From NCBI RefSeq assembly GCF_009914755.1, contig NC_060930.1: a stretch of 64,000 nucleotides of DNA. One strand, written 5' to 3'. Origin of the DNA: the human T2T-CHM13v2.0 reference genome, Homo sapiens. The first letter of the stretch is position 1; every line of letters begins with the position of its first letter. The translations under genes and the position numbers were made by a program. Shown here piece by piece: positions 13,743 to 28,561 of the stretch. The notes below the pieces were generated by a model that saw nothing but the letters and a program-made list of their open reading frames with translations, was not told the origin of the DNA and did not search any database.

Positions 13743-15445
13743 GTCGAATCGTCTGGGTCCCCTTGGATCACACTGTTTTAGAGTGGAATATATTGAGTCA
13801 TCTGGGTCCCCTTGCATCACACAGTTTTAGAAGGAAATATATCAAATCGTCTGGGTCCCCTTGGATCACACTGTTTTAGAATGAAATATATCGAATCGTC
13901 TGGGTCCTCTTGGATCACACTGTTTTAGAGGGAAATATATCGAATCATCTGGGTCCCCTTGCATCACACTGTTTTAGAATGAAATATATCAAATCGTCTG
14001 GGTCCCCTTGGATCACACTGTTTTAGAATGAAATATATCAAATCGTCTGGGTCCCCTTGCATCACACTGTTTTAGAGTGAAATATATCGAATCGTCTGGG
14101 TCCTCTTGGATCACAGTTTTAGAGTGAAATATATGAATCATCTGGGTCCCCTTGGATCACACTGTTTTAGAGGGAAATATATCGAATCATCTGGGTCCCC
14201 TTGGATCACACTGTTTTAGAGTGAAATATATCAAATCGTCTGGGTCCCCTTGGATCACACTGTTGTAGAATGAAATATATCAAATCGTCTGGGTCCCCTT
14301 GCATCACACTGTTTTAGAATGAAATATATCAAATCGTCTGGGTCCTCTTGGATCACAGTTTTAGAGTGAAATATATCGAATCATCTGGGTCCCCTTGGAT
14401 CACACTGTTTTAGAGGGAAATATATCGAATCATCTGGGTCCCCTTGGATCACACTGTTTTAGAGTGAAATATATCAAATCATCTGGGTCCCCTTGGATCA
14501 CACTGTTTTAGAGTGAAATATATCGAATCGTCTGGGTCCTCTTGGATCACAGTTTTAGAGTGAAATATATTGAATCGTCTGGGTCCCCTTGGATCACACT
14601 GTTTTAGAATGAAATATATCAAATCGTCTGGGTCCCCTTGGATCACACTGTTTTAGAATGAAATATATCAAATCGTCTGGGTCCCCTTGGATCACACTGT
14701 TTTAGAATGAAATATATCAAATTGTCTGGGTCCCCTTGGATCACACTGTTTTAGAATGAAATATATCAAATCGTCTGGGTCCCCTTGCATCACACTGTTT
14801 TAGAATGAAATATATCAAATCGTCTGGGTCCCCTTGGATCACACTGTTTTAGAATGAAATATATCAAATCGTCTGGGTCCTCTTGGATCACACTGTTTTA
14901 GAGTGAAATATATGGAATCATCTGGGTCCCCTTGCATCACACTGTTTTAGAGTGAAATATATCGAATCATCTGGGTCCTCTTGGATCACAGTTTTAGAGT
15001 GAAATATATCGAATCGTCTGGGTCCCCTTGCATCACACTGTTTTAGAGTGAAATATATCGAATCATCTGGGTCCTCTTGGATCACACTGTTTTAGAGGGA
15101 AATATATCGAATCATCTGGGTCCCCTTGGATCACACTGTTTTAGAGGGAAATATGTCGAATCATCTGGTTCCCCTTGGATCACACTGTTTTAGAATGAAA
15201 TATATCAAATCGTCTGGGTCCCCTTGGATCACAGTTTTAGAGTGAAATATATCAAATCGTCTGGGTCCCCTTGGATCACAGTTTTAGAGTGAAATATATC
15301 AAATTGTCTGGGTCCCCTTGGATCACAGTTTTAGAGTGAAATATATCGAATTGTCTGGGTCCCCTTGGATCACACTGTTTTAGAATGAAATATATCAAAT
15401 CGTCTGGGTCCCCTTGGATCACACTGTTTTAGAATGAAATATATC
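13743..15445. repeat. Minisatellite, 49-bp unit (47/46-bp variants), ~35 copies
   Basis: Unit AAATCGTCTGGGTCCCCTTGGATCACACTGTTTTAGAATGAAATATATC; 35 TCTGG(G/T)TCC cores counted from 13752 to 15403. Confidence 0.97.
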
Positions 15446-16047
15446 GGGGAGGAAGACAGAGACTCCAGCCATCATTCTTTCTTTGAAGGTCATGATATTT
15501 TCTTGTGTCTCGTCAAGGCGCGCAGCATACAAGGCATTGTCACACCAGGTGGGCTCCAGAGGGGACCTTTCACTGGGCAGCTGACTCTCACTCACCCCTT
15601 GATGGCCTGCACGCCCACCCATCTTCAAGTTCACAGTGGCAACTCGGAAGCAAAGTGGTGTGCCAAGTGAGATTTCAGGATTTAGCCTTGGTAGGATCTT
15701 AGAAATTGCTCCTTGCAAGCCCCTAGGTTTATCAGTGGATTGAGGGGTAGAATTGAGATTTTTAAAATGTCATGTGGACACCTTGGGTGTTTAGAGACAG
15801 CAGGTCAGTGCACCTGCCATGATGCCAGGGCTCAGGGCTCCTTGGAACAACCTTGACATCTATTGGGACATCTCCTGTCTTCAAATCCCTCCATTCTGAC
15901 CACACGCTTACTGTGGCTGAGTCTGGGCTGAGGCTGCATTTGGGATTTGGATTCCCGCTCAGCACTGAGTGGGGCAGCAGGTGGAGGTGAGCCCTCTGTT
16001 GCTGCCCAGGTGTGCCCATGCATGACTTGAGACACGGCAGGGCAGCT

Positions 16048-16250
16048 GGGGGCAGCGGGGGCGGCTGGTCTCACTCATTAAAAGGTGACCCCGTAGGACT
16101 CTGGAGAGGTCATTCCTGATGGCAGGAAATATTTCTGCATCATCTTGTGCAAGGGGGCAGCGGGGGCGGCTGGTCTCTCTCATTAAAAGGTGACCCTGTA
16201 GGACTCTGGAGAGGTCATTCCTGATGGCAGGAAATATTTCTGCATCATCT
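16048..16250. repeat. Tandem duplication, 105-bp period, 2 copies
   Basis: GGGGGCAGCGGGGGCGGCTGGTCTC...GGAAATATTTCTGCATCATCT at 16048 and 16153. Confidence 0.9.
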
Positions 16251-18160
16251 CATGCAAATCATTGCACATGCTGCTCACGCCAGCCTTGCTTCCATGCTCC
16301 TGAGTAATGCCGTGTTTTTGATCTTGGTCTTGTGGAAGCTGGAGAATTTGAACTATGAGGATGCAAGAGACAGATGATGCTGAACGGACATTAACTTTAT
16401 TTTTATTAAAATCACAAGTTAACTCTCACAGGTGAAATTTTGGATGCTAAGATAATGCAAAGATGTTAGTTTCCATAACATCCGAATCATGGGATGAGAG
16501 TCAAGAGAAGAATTAGGAAAGGAGGTCTCCAAGACCTCATGGCAGTCTGAGAAGTTTCTGGCGGCTGGAAGGTGAAGACTGCTTGGTCTCATGATGATGT
16601 CACCCATGGAGCATCTTTTAAAATAAGTATTTGGGATCAATTCAGCTGTAAGATCCTCCTGGGCAACTCCCACCAGTCAGCCAGAGCTTCCTGTGCGTAT
16701 GTAAAGATCAAAAACATTATTGATAATAACAATAAACTATTTAATAAAAATTTAAACCAAAACATTAATTTGATACTCTATTTAAAGTATCTGCATGAGC
16801 TGTGGGAATGTGTCTACTCTTGTCAGACACAGATACAGAAGAGCCATTGAGTTGACTTAATTGTGATTTTATTTTGTTATTTTTAAAGAGATTGCTTGTT
16901 GGCCGTATTATAAGTTAAAATTAAGCGGGAACCTTAACTGCAGAAATGATAAACCCCATGGAGAGTGAACTGTGCTGTTCATCATCTTAACTTCTCTCTG
17001 GAATAAGTGCAGGTATCGCTAACTACATCGAAATATTATTTTTAACCATTTTCGAGCCACCCACACATTCTCCCGCATTCTTCTTTTTGATACATTTCAT
17101 TTTCTCACTTTAGAAGGAAGTCTCCTAATTCTGAATTTCTTTGAACATGGCTCAGTCTTACTGGTCTGCATCTGGCATTACTAATGCACTTAATTAAACA
17201 AAATAATGTCTCCCCAATTTTTTATTCATGGAAGAGAAATTACAGGTTGTATCTGAAGGGAATATTTCTCTTGAAAGGAAAAATATAGGACTTACCTATC
17301 TAAATGAGAAAAGTCAGTTGTATTTAAAATGGAAGTTTCAATTTGCCAAGCACATGAGAATACCGTTGGCTGGCCCCATCCTCTCCAAGATACGAGGCAC
17401 ACACACACATGCATGATGCTCATTTTTAATCCACAAGACACCCACCTACCTTTCCATAGTTTTCAGTTCACCTTCTATTTTCAAAGCAAGAACTATGCAA
17501 ACATAAAGGAAGCTCTACCACCTCTCAGCCTGCTAGCCCTAGGCCAAGGGGCAAATTCGCACAACAATGGGTTGATCAAATCTGACCAATCTCAACTTCA
17601 CAAAGTCACTCTTACAGGTGTCACTCAAAACCAACAACTCAGTCCAGTGATAAGGGTGAAAAAGTGTGGCAGAAAATATACACACAAGCATCTGTTACGA
17701 ATTTCATAGTTATTACCACATGATTAAATAAAAAGTATTGCAGTGTGAGGTAGGTTTCTCTAAATCAACTTTTCTTTCAGTCTCAAGATGACGTGACCTA
17801 CGAGGTTGATGACATTTTAGAGAGAGCACTGTCTCACAGGACAAAATGTGGATGGTGACCAGAGGCACATACCTGTCCTGACGCTCTCCCACCACCACAA
17901 AATAATTTGTCACTCTGAGCAAGACATTGCATTTCTCTGGCTTTAATATTGCCATCTATAGAGTACAGAAATGTGCCTTCTCTTCCTTGTGTTGTAGGTT
18001 TGTTAGGATCGAATGGAATCTGTTTCAGCATCACTGCATGACGTCGTAAGGCTGACTTTCCTTGAGCTCTCCATACATTGTGAAGGTAGCTTCAAAGGAA
18101 GAGTTCACAAATTTGAATGAAGACTAAATTGTTGGAATGTTTAGATATGCTCAAAAGTGA

Positions 18161-18466
<306 letters not shown>

Positions 18467-19269
18467 TAGTTAAAGAACTGACTTGAACATTTATCTGCAT
18501 AAGTATGGATTTGTTAAAAACTTAATTCCTTTCCCTTCATAATCTTACTTTGTACAAGATCTTCTGTAGCTTTGCATGATGATGAAGGCAAATGTTTTGT
18601 GAATGATGTATGGATGGCAAAGTAAGTGACAAGTTTCCAGAAGCGAAGGAAAACTGTTACTGTTCAGAAAATGATGTTCAAAGTACAAAGGCCAAGATAT
18701 CTTCAGAATGGAAACCACTGTGATAAGATCTGGCTGTCTAATAGTATTGCAACTTAAAATTATATTAATTTGATATATTAATATCAACATTTTAGGGATA
18801 TTAAATCCTAGGTAGTTAAAATTAGCTTTTGACAAACAAGTTGACATTGCGGACATGATTTTATTTTTCAAAAAAGTGTATAAGTCCTAGTTTTTCTTTT
18901 CTTAGTTAAATGACAGCCAAGAAAATAAATTTCATCTGAATATTTATTTCATCAGACATATTAGTTTTTAACTGTCTTTATCTTTTCTATTTTAATTGGT
19001 TCTTGCTATTCAGTGTCTGCCAAGAATAACTTCCAGAGGAGTTGTTCTTCAAAAAACAAAATTAGATTCTATGTGGTAGCCACCTTTCATAAGTGCATTT
19101 GGTAACCTTAAAATATTATGAGTGTGGGATCATTCCGATGCCATTGGAACGATCCTGAAGTCTTTTCTCTGTTTCCATCATAAACCTCATTGTTTTCTTG
19201 GTTTGACATTATTCCAGGCATATTGGTCTGAATCTTGGCAAGTGTATTAGATGGTTATTCCAGATGTTA

Positions 19270-19389
19270 CTAAGAGCAGTTTTCCTTCTACACGCTCTGA
19301 GTGCAAGCATTCTTCATGACATGGCAAAGCTAAGAGCAGCTTTCCTTCTACACACTGTGAGTGCAAGCGTTCTTTAGGACATGGCAAAG
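19270..19389. repeat. Tandem duplication, 60-bp period, 2 copies
   Basis: CTAAGAGCAG.TTTCCTTCTACAC.CT.TGAGTGCAAGC.TTCTT...GACATGGCAAAG twice. Confidence 0.85.
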
Positions 19390-20856
19390 TTTTGGTCTGG
19401 GCTCAGGTAGTTCAGTGGTAGGGCAGGCATGTGATAAGCTGGTCTCCTTAGGTTTCAGCAGACACGCACCTAATGCGCACCCAACCAGTAAATACATGAA
19501 AAGAGTGAATACTTTGCCTCTCTTCTTCCTTCTCCTCTTTTTCTGAATTTAACACCTAGATAGACTTCTTCTTGGCTTTAGCCGAAACACTTTACTAGGG
19601 CTAAAGTGCCCATCAGAATCTTTTTGGATAAATGAACACACACAGCAAACATTTTCTTCTATGCATTTTCACAGCCAACAAGATAGGGGATCACTTCCTA
19701 AGCACGTTGAAAATGAGTGGGCAGTGCCCTTTGACTTACGCTGCTTAGAGTGCCACTGATTTCCTGGTAAGCCTAAGACTTGGAGGAGACGTGAATGGAG
19801 AAATGCACCTCTCCTCATACTGGGGTTTTGCGATTCTTTCCCAAAGGGCTGGGAGTGAGAGTGAACCCTCGGCTGGAGCAGCCCCATCCCAGCAGCTGAA
19901 GGGCAAGGGAGGTGGCTGGGAAGGGCGGGCACCACTTCGCTCCCAGCTGCTGGGATGGAATCACAGCCTTGTCTAAGTGCACTGGGCCTGGGAGGGCTGG
20001 GATGGACCATCCTGGCTGAGGCCTCCCTCTGCCTGCAGTTCCTGGGGAATAGGGAACCTCCCTTGGGCCGGGGTGTGCTCACCTCGCTCGGCCTTGCCCC
20101 TTCCCTCATGCCTGCATCCTCCAGGCCCCGCCTCTGGCACCTTCCTGAAACCCGCAGGGAACCTGCTCACACCATGACCCTTCTCAGAGGGTCTAAGGTA
20201 AGAGCAAAACAGGGTGGGCTCAGGACACAGACACCTCCTGGCTCAGAGTGGTTCCAGGAAAGCCATGCTCCTGCGCCCTATGTGGGCTCCTGCAGACCAG
20301 GCTTTGTCTTGCTCTGAGTGAGTCACAAAGGAGGGACCTCCGGCCAAGGGAAAGGCTCCTTGTGGCCCAGGTGTAGGTCCCTCTGCGGGTCCACCCCCCT
20401 CTAACTGAGGCCCTGTGGAAAGCCCACCGTGGCAGGTGGATCTTCTTCACTTCCTCTCTCAGCCACTGGCTGACGCCAGCCAGGGTGACCTTGTCCGCGG
20501 CTCCCGGTGCCCACCGCTGGGGTCGCTTCCAGAGCTCCAACATTTTCCTTGGGAACCTGAGTTTTTAATTCTATCTCTTTGTCACATTTAATTTTTCTAT
20601 AAAGTACAGATCGTAGATGTGGGATGCTGTGAGCACCTCCCGAACGATAAATGAGTGTGTGTTTGCTGTGGTGGCAGCCCTGAAGTTCGCAATGCCCGGG
20701 AAGCGTTTGGTGAAACTTTAAAGAAAGCCCAGGTGACTCCTCCTGGGGAGCAGCGCTTCGCAAACACCTCAGGCCTGCGTCTGCCACTCCCACACTGCCT
20801 GCCCCCTTTGGCCACAGGACACAGGCGTGACCCGGGTCACAGGGCTCTGCTAGCTC

Positions 20857-20980
20857 ATGGCTTCACTCACCTGCGCGGTTCCCTGGCAGCCTCACCCACC
20901 TGCAGGGTTCACCTGGGGGCTCCACCCACCTGTGCAGTTCCCCATGGTGGCTTCACCCACCTGCACGGTTCACCCACCCA
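20857..20980. repeat. Degenerate ~31-bp repeat, 4 copies
   Basis: GGC.TCAC.CACCTG..C.GTTC repeated four times. Confidence 0.7.
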
Positions 20981-21411
20981 CACGGCCCGCCCTGCCCTCC
21001 TTGGCCTCCTCACCGATGAGCGGTCAGGGCCGGGCCGAGCTGGGAGCTCAGGCCTCAAAGCCTATGGGTGCCCTGCATGCATTTCCTCTCGCCTCCTCGC
21101 TCTTTTCTTTTAATGTCTAAAATACCTTTGAAGTCCCTCAAAATCCTCTGTACTCCCTCCACAAAAGTCTCCAAGCTTCTCATCCTCCTGTAATTAAGGT
21201 GTTTCTATTCTCTCTGTAATTAAAAGTGTGAATTTCAAGACACTGTTCTTAAGTTACTCTGCTTGGCATTTAGGATTTGTTCGATTGGTCACAGAGCCTG
21301 GAAGCTTTTCGGTACTCATCTTGTTGCAACTGTTTGTTTCTTGGGCATTTTGTGGAAAACACTGGGGTTTGGGAAGGCAGGGTGGGGAGTGCTTGCCCTG
21401 CAATCCCTGTT

Positions 21412-21620
21412 TCTAGATAACACTGTCTGGAAGAGCTGTCTGCAGTGATGGAAATGATTTATGAGCTGCCTTGTCCCAGACAGCAGCCACTAGCACAGGA
21501 GGCCATGAGGACTCAACACATAGCAAATGAGCGACTGTCTTCAGATTTTACTTCATTTTAGTTAATTTAAACGTGAATAGATTCATGTGGCTAATGGTTT
21601 GTGTGTTGGACTGTCCAAGC
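21412..21620. mobile_element. MER3-like hAT-Charlie MITE
   Basis: TGATGGAAATG..., CAGCCACTAGC, TTAATTTAAA..GAATAG..CATGTGGCTAATGG..TTGGAC resemble MER3. Confidence 0.7.
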
Positions 21621-23767
21621 CTGGGGGAAGCCTACCCATGCTCGGGGGTGATGGTGGAGTTGCAGACGGGACCAATCGCCTGTCGCCCCAGCCCTCGAGT
21701 TCTGTCCCGAGAGGTCCTTTCTTCTGAGAGGTTTCTTCCTTGGCCGGCACCTGGACGGGGCTGCGGCCTGAGAGGTGTCAGGTGAAGGACTGCAGGAGGC
21801 AGCGGTGAGGGCCCCCACCCTGGGGCCTCCCGAGCCCTTCCCTGCCCATCTCCAAGATTGCACTGTGCACCTCAGCGTGGGGACCCTTCTGAGTGGGGTG
21901 TGATGGCTTTTCAGTTGTTCCATTTCAGAGGACTGTGGGGAGAATTCTCTTGGAAGGATTCCATGTCTGGGCTATCGCATAGTGTAAACAAAGGCTGTCG
22001 AAAATTCAAAGAATCTGTTTTAATGCGTGACCCAAGGTGAGAGGGGAACAGGAGCCTGACCGGAGCCCCCACCGCCTCTCCTCCAGGCGAGGGGAAGATG
22101 CGGCCCCCGGCAAGCATGGGGAAGGCTGAGCAGAGGGCTAGAGGGGGCTCTGTGGCCCAGGCCCGCCCCTTCCTCTCAAAGCCTGTGAGTGTAAAGCTAT
22201 GCGAGAGCCCTGGGGCTGCCGTCCTGGGGAAAGAAGGCCCAGCCCTGGCCCTGTGGTTAAGGGCCCTGGTTGGAACGGAGGGCAGGGCCCGGGCCCCAAG
22301 CCCATGACTGGGTTCTCCTTCCCTCGCAGAGGAGCCCGGTGGTCACTGGGAGCCTCAGCTGTGCGTGGTCAAATGAGGTGCCTGGGCTGGCATCTTCGTG
22401 TGTTCCTGGGTGACCCTGTGAGCAGCTCCGTTTAGCCTCCAGCCCTGACAACATCCCTTCCCAAAGGGACGGCCTCTGCACCTGCCCCCAGGCGTGGGCA
22501 AAGGGGATCCAGCTCTTTTTATTACAGAGAAAAGAATTCGCCCTTCCTTTCATAGGTATCTGTGGCCTCCGCGGCATGTGGTGGTGAATGCGGATGGAGG
22601 TGGGGGTCTTCTTGAGTGCCCTCTCTCCTCCAGGGACCCTCCTGCCTACCCGGGCAGTGGGCACGCAGATCCCTCAGTGACGGGGGAAGCAGGTTCCTAG
22701 GAGTCCTGAGTGGGAGCAAGAGGCCTGCCCCCGGAACGTACCGTTCTCTGGACATTCATGGGACCAATCCCCGTTAGGAGCCCGTGGTCTTGTCAGGAAA
22801 ACCTGGCTCAGATGAAGTGAGAGACAAACTCGGTTTTCGGGTTATTCAATCACCGCCCTGCATTGGCAGCTAAGCATTCTTAGTTTTGAGGTCTCCTTAC
22901 AACCACGTTTTGCCCCCCACAAAGCAAAATAAATGGACACAGTCAGAACTGTGATGATGGGGGGTGCTGAAGGGCTATAGGTGACATTTAGAATAAAATG
23001 AAGTCTCACTGCCTTTAGATGGAGACACAGGGCTGGAGGCTGCCTGGACTTTATGCAGAGATCAGAGGCCCCTGACCTTTACCGCTGGGCCATTTTGTCG
23101 TACTTTTAACTCACGGGACTGCACAGCCGCTGCCCATACAGGGGAGCCGTTTCTCTTCACCAGCATGAGTGGGAGACAGGTGATCTGTGGAGCTGCCTCT
23201 CGGACATATTGTTTCCAGCAAGGATCTGCCTTTCTGTTTCCTATTTTAAATCCTTCAGTTATGCCTCTCAGTGGAAATGATTTCACCGAATAACACAGTC
23301 TCCACTGAGGTTTGGCTAAGAAACAAATTATCTGGTATCTTGGCGTTTGGATGCATTTCCCTGGCTTTCCAGGTTACTCTCATATTCTGTAACATGTATT
23401 TTAGTGTAATTTGCTCTAAATGCTTTGAAATGAGCAAGAGCCTCAGAAAAGAAACTCTGGCTGAATGCCTTTGAAAATGTCACTTCATCAGCAAACGCAT
23501 TCGCTATTCCAGGGAACCCTAAGGACAGAGAGGGAAAGAGTGGCTGTCCGGCGGGTAGTTTAGCTGTGCCAGAAAATGTCGAGGCTATCAGCGAATTTGT
23601 GAATTATATACTGTAATAAAAACAGAGCTACTTCTTCAGTAAAAGAGGTCAGGTCATTGGGGTTGTCTGTGTCCCTGGAATGGTAGGGGAGCCGCTCTTT
23701 TCTGATCGCCCTTCCTGCTGCAGGCTGAGTGGTGAGAGAGCCGCAACATGTGACTGTGTTGCATGAG

Positions 23768-24404
23768 GACGGCCAGGGCCCATAGCCTGTCTACTACACA
23801 TGGAAACCCTGGGTCCTCCCAGCCCTACGAGTCAGAGTCTCTGGGGGGATGGCCAGGGCCCATAGCCTGTTTACTAAACATGGAAACCCTGGGTCCTCCC
23901 AGCCCTACGAGCCACAGTCTCTGGGGGGACAGCCAGGGCCCATAGCCTGTCTACTGCACATGGAAACCCTGGGTCCTCCCAGCCCTACGAGTCAGAGTCT
24001 CTGGGGGGACGGCCAGGGCCCATAGCCTGTCTACTACACATGGAAACCCTGGGTCCTCCCAGCCCTACGAGCCACAGTCTCTGGGGGGACAGCCAGGGCC
24101 CATAGCCTGTTTACTAAACATGGAAACCCTGGGTCCTCCCAGCCCTACGAGCCACAGTCTCTGGGGGGACAGCCAGGGCCCATAGCCTGTCTACTGCACA
24201 TGGAAACCCTGGGTCCTCCCAGCCCTACGAGCCACAGTCTCTGGGGGGACAGCCAGGGCCCATAGCCTGTTTACTACACATGGAAACCCTGGGTCCTCCC
24301 AGCCCTACGAGCCACAGTCTCTGGGGGGACAGCCAGGGCCCATAGCCTGTCTACTACACATGGAAACCCTGGGTCCTCCCAGACCTACAAGCCAGTCTCT
24401 GGGG
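23768..24404. repeat. Minisatellite, 80-bp unit, 8 copies
   Basis: GCCAGGGCCCATAGCCTGT recurs every 80 bp (23772, 23852 ... 24332); highly homogeneous. Confidence 0.97.
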
Positions 24405-25222
24405 GTGGAGATGAGAGTCCATTGCCCGGGAGACGGTGCTGCATGCTGCCGCTGAGAGCCACTGCGATTCCAGGTGCCGTTGGGCATGTGGGAACCGCAG
24501 TCCAACGTGTGCTTCATACTTACTTTCATGGTTGATTTGTACTTTTATTTTCAGATACTTCTCATTTAACCTCTGTAATCTTGTCACTGGGTAATCACTC
24601 CCCAGGTAGCATGTTTGCTTTTGCTATCAGTAAAGGTCGGAGTTTATCTGATCTTTTGTGCGTTGCAGCCCAGAGACCGATGAGCTATACATGAGCTATG
24701 AAGTGTGCGGCAGATGGGGCAGTGATGAGAGTCAAACCTTCAGGTTAGAAGTCAGATCAGTTTTTCCCTATATGCCTACAGCAGAGAATTCCAACTGTGT
24801 GTTACCTCCCAAAGTTTTAATTGTCTTCTACGTGTGAAGGAAATAAGTTTATGTATTTCCAGTGTGTATACTTTTATGTCAATTGGAAACTACTACTTTA
24901 TATCCAGTCATCCTGTAATTTTCCACTGGGAGCCCGTGAGGAGCTACACATTTCATTTTTTTAACCAGAACCAATAGGGGACTGTGGAGCAGATTGGCCC
25001 TGGGGTCCCACGCTGACCAGCAGTGCAATCAGGAAGGAGTGAGTTAATTAATCACTCTGTTTCCATGTTCTTCTCCGCACAATTGGACTAATGATAGCAT
25101 TTAATGCAGAAGATTGTTAGGTTAAAGGTACTAATGCAGTAAAGTGTTTAGAACAATGCCTGGCCCGGGTGCTCAGTGTTCAAGCTGTGAGCAGGGAAAG
25201 AGGCTAACAGAGATGAAGTCCA

Positions 25223-25520
25223 TGCCGGGTGCAGTGGCTCATGCCTGTAATCCCAGCACTTTGGGATGCCAAGGCAAGTGGATCACCTGAGCTCAGGAGT
25301 TCGAGGCCAGCCTGGGCAACATCCCAAAATACAAAAATTAGCTGGGCATGGTGGCCCCTGTGGTCCCACAGCAACTCGGGAGGCTGAGACAGGAGAATCA
25401 CTTGAACCCAGGAGGCAGAGGTTGCAGCGAGCCCAGATCGCCCCACTGCACTCCAGCCCGGATGACAGAGTGAAACTCTGTCTCAAAAAAAAAAAAAAAA
25501 AGAAGAAGAAAAAAGAAAAA
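25223..25520 (+). mobile_element. Alu SINE (S/J-type)
   Basis: GCCGGGTGCAGTGGCTCATGCCTGTAATCCCAGC...; A-rich tail; degenerate TSD AGAGATGA..TCC. Confidence 0.93.
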
Positions 25521-26596
25521 AGAGATGACATCCGAAGAGGGTTGAGCAAGAGAAGGGGAGACTGAAGTAGGAGGAGAGGGAACTCTGAATGCTGGAGGTG
25601 TTTTGTACTTGGTGTTGGCGGGTCTCCTGTTGACTCGGGTGGAAGGACAGCATTCACGCGTGGAACCTGACGGGGTCCCTCACGGAGGTGTTCTAGGGTC
25701 TCCGCGTGGTCATGCCCCGTGTTCTTGCACTCATTTTCTCCAACACCTTCTCTCGGCCCTGCTACTTGCCCCGGTGATTCTGTAGGGACCCCGGGTGGCT
25801 ACGCGAATGTGGCTCTGAGGACAACACTCTTCACTGAGCTGCAGCTCTGGCCAGACACTGCTGGACTCCAAGGCCATGTGGGTGCACAAGCTTCTCTACC
25901 CCCCGAGGAGGTACCGTCCATGGGCTCAGGAGCACTGGGCTTAGAGTCCATGCCCATGCATTCCGCGTCTACAAGGGTACTGCTTCACAGTGGCCGCCGA
26001 GGACGCACACGAGTGCTTCACACTCATCCAGGGGCATCTCGATTCTCACTGGGACCCTGGATAAGAAGCACTTTTGTAGCTAAAGCAATAAGGATGGTGC
26101 CTGAGGCTGCATGAACCCCCGGAACACTTTTAAGTGACCAAAAGCATGACAAGACTCTCCGACAGAGTGGGCATTGCTTATGAGAGGGGGAAGTTCAGCT
26201 GTGTTACAGTATTTCATAGGGGACTTGTACAATCTACCTTGTGCCTCTAAACACCTCTGACCCCTAAGAATCGTGGCCGGATGCTAAGGATAATCTTTCG
26301 TTGTCATTGCCAGAGATAATTATTGCATTAATGTAACACCATCCTCATCATATCTTATTAGGAAGAATTTTAGAATAACAGAGCTTCTACTGAATCTCAA
26401 ATAAAACTGGATTGGAACAATGAATAACCTGAGAGATTTCTTAAATTATCTCAAAAATTACTAACAGGGAGGAAAAACATCCATTTTCATCATTGAAATT
26501 AACATGGATGTGGAGACAGGGAAGGAAAATAAACACAAAATAAATGTTTTGGAAAAGGAGAAGAGAGTTGCAGAGCAAAAAGTACAATAAAGCACC

Positions 26597-26732
26597 ATCC
26601 GTCCCTCGCTGCGGTGCCAGGAACCTGCATTGTCCATCCCTCGCTATGGGGCCAGGAACCTGCATCGTCCCTCCCTCGCCACGGGGCCAGGAACCTGCAT
26701 CATCTGTCCCTCGCTATGGGGCCAGGAACCTG
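26597..26732. repeat. Minisatellite, 35-bp unit, 4 copies
   Basis: GCCAGGAACCTG at 26616, 26651, 26686, 26721. Confidence 0.9.
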
Positions 26733-27920
26733 AAGCCCATTCTGCAGAATGTGAGGTGGGGGGAAGATGGAACCAAGAGCTCTAGGAAATCCTGGGTCAG
26801 GGGACCAAAAGCCAGTAAAGCATTGGTAAATGCACTTATAAAAAGTTCCAGGTCCACTAAAAAACAATAAAGGCAGTGTGGTAAACAGAGAAACAACCAC
26901 AGCCTCAGGGCTCCTGCTTTCCTCTGGGATCTCCGTACCCAACAGCGTCACCCAGGGGTGGCTGGGGTTCAGCCTTGCTTGGTTGTGTGTGCATCCTGAG
27001 AGGTCCGTCTTGATTCCCCACAGAAGGTGGGAGCGTCTCCAGGCGTTTGGTCCTGAGAGGGGCTGCCTCGCCCTGGCCACATCCTCCTGCACATCCCTTG
27101 GGTCTTCCCGCTGGCTGCAGATACCTCACTCTGGCAGCTCTGTGCAGGGCTGAGCCCCTGCCCTCTTTCCTGCATCTGCCTCCATCTTTCCCAGGCTTCC
27201 TGAAGAAACCTGCTCTCTCTTCTTGAACTTCTAATTTAGCTCCCTTTTTACTGCACACTTCTCATTTTCTCTTTGAAAATGATCACCAGCAAGAGGATCC
27301 CTTAGTGCTCACACAGTAGAGTTGAAATGGCAAACATACCCTATATTCATTTAAATGGTAGATAAGCAGGACCTCTGCTCCAAGGGCTTCTTGCAAATAA
27401 CATCTTCATATCTTTTCCAAACACTTTCTCGTGCACTATCACATTTTGTTTTCACGATCATCTTTATGAAACAGGAATCCTTGTTATCACCTCCATTGGA
27501 CAAGTGAAGAAATCAGCTCTCACATGGCTCCATACACGTCCCTGGTCACTTTGCTCTTCTGCCATCGCCAAGGTCAGCATGTTCCCTTTGACCACAGAGC
27601 CTTGCCAGCCCGATGGCCCTCCATGCCCTGCATCTGCCCACAGCCACCTTCTGCGTATTTATTGGGTTTGTGGCTGTAATCTAGTCATGCAGATTAAAAC
27701 AAATTCATCTCGTTCAATTGTTTGCTCTTGGTTTTAAGGTCCTATGGGTACCCAGTAAATAGAACAAAAAGGCAAAAGGGGGTCAGGAATGCCGATGGGA
27801 CCTACATTATCACCACTTTCCTAACTCACTGAGTTATTTCACTCAGACTCTTAAACTTACTAAGACAAGCTGCCTTTGAAAAGCTGACGACCAGTGTCTC
27901 TGATTCATGCCTCACTTACT

Positions 27921-28561
<641 letters not shown>

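Noticed and set aside
13743-15445. Regular array that superficially resembles a CRISPR locus
   Set aside because: Units are contiguous with no unique spacers, there are no cas genes, and the context is a human intron; it is a minisatellite. The same applies to the other arrays.
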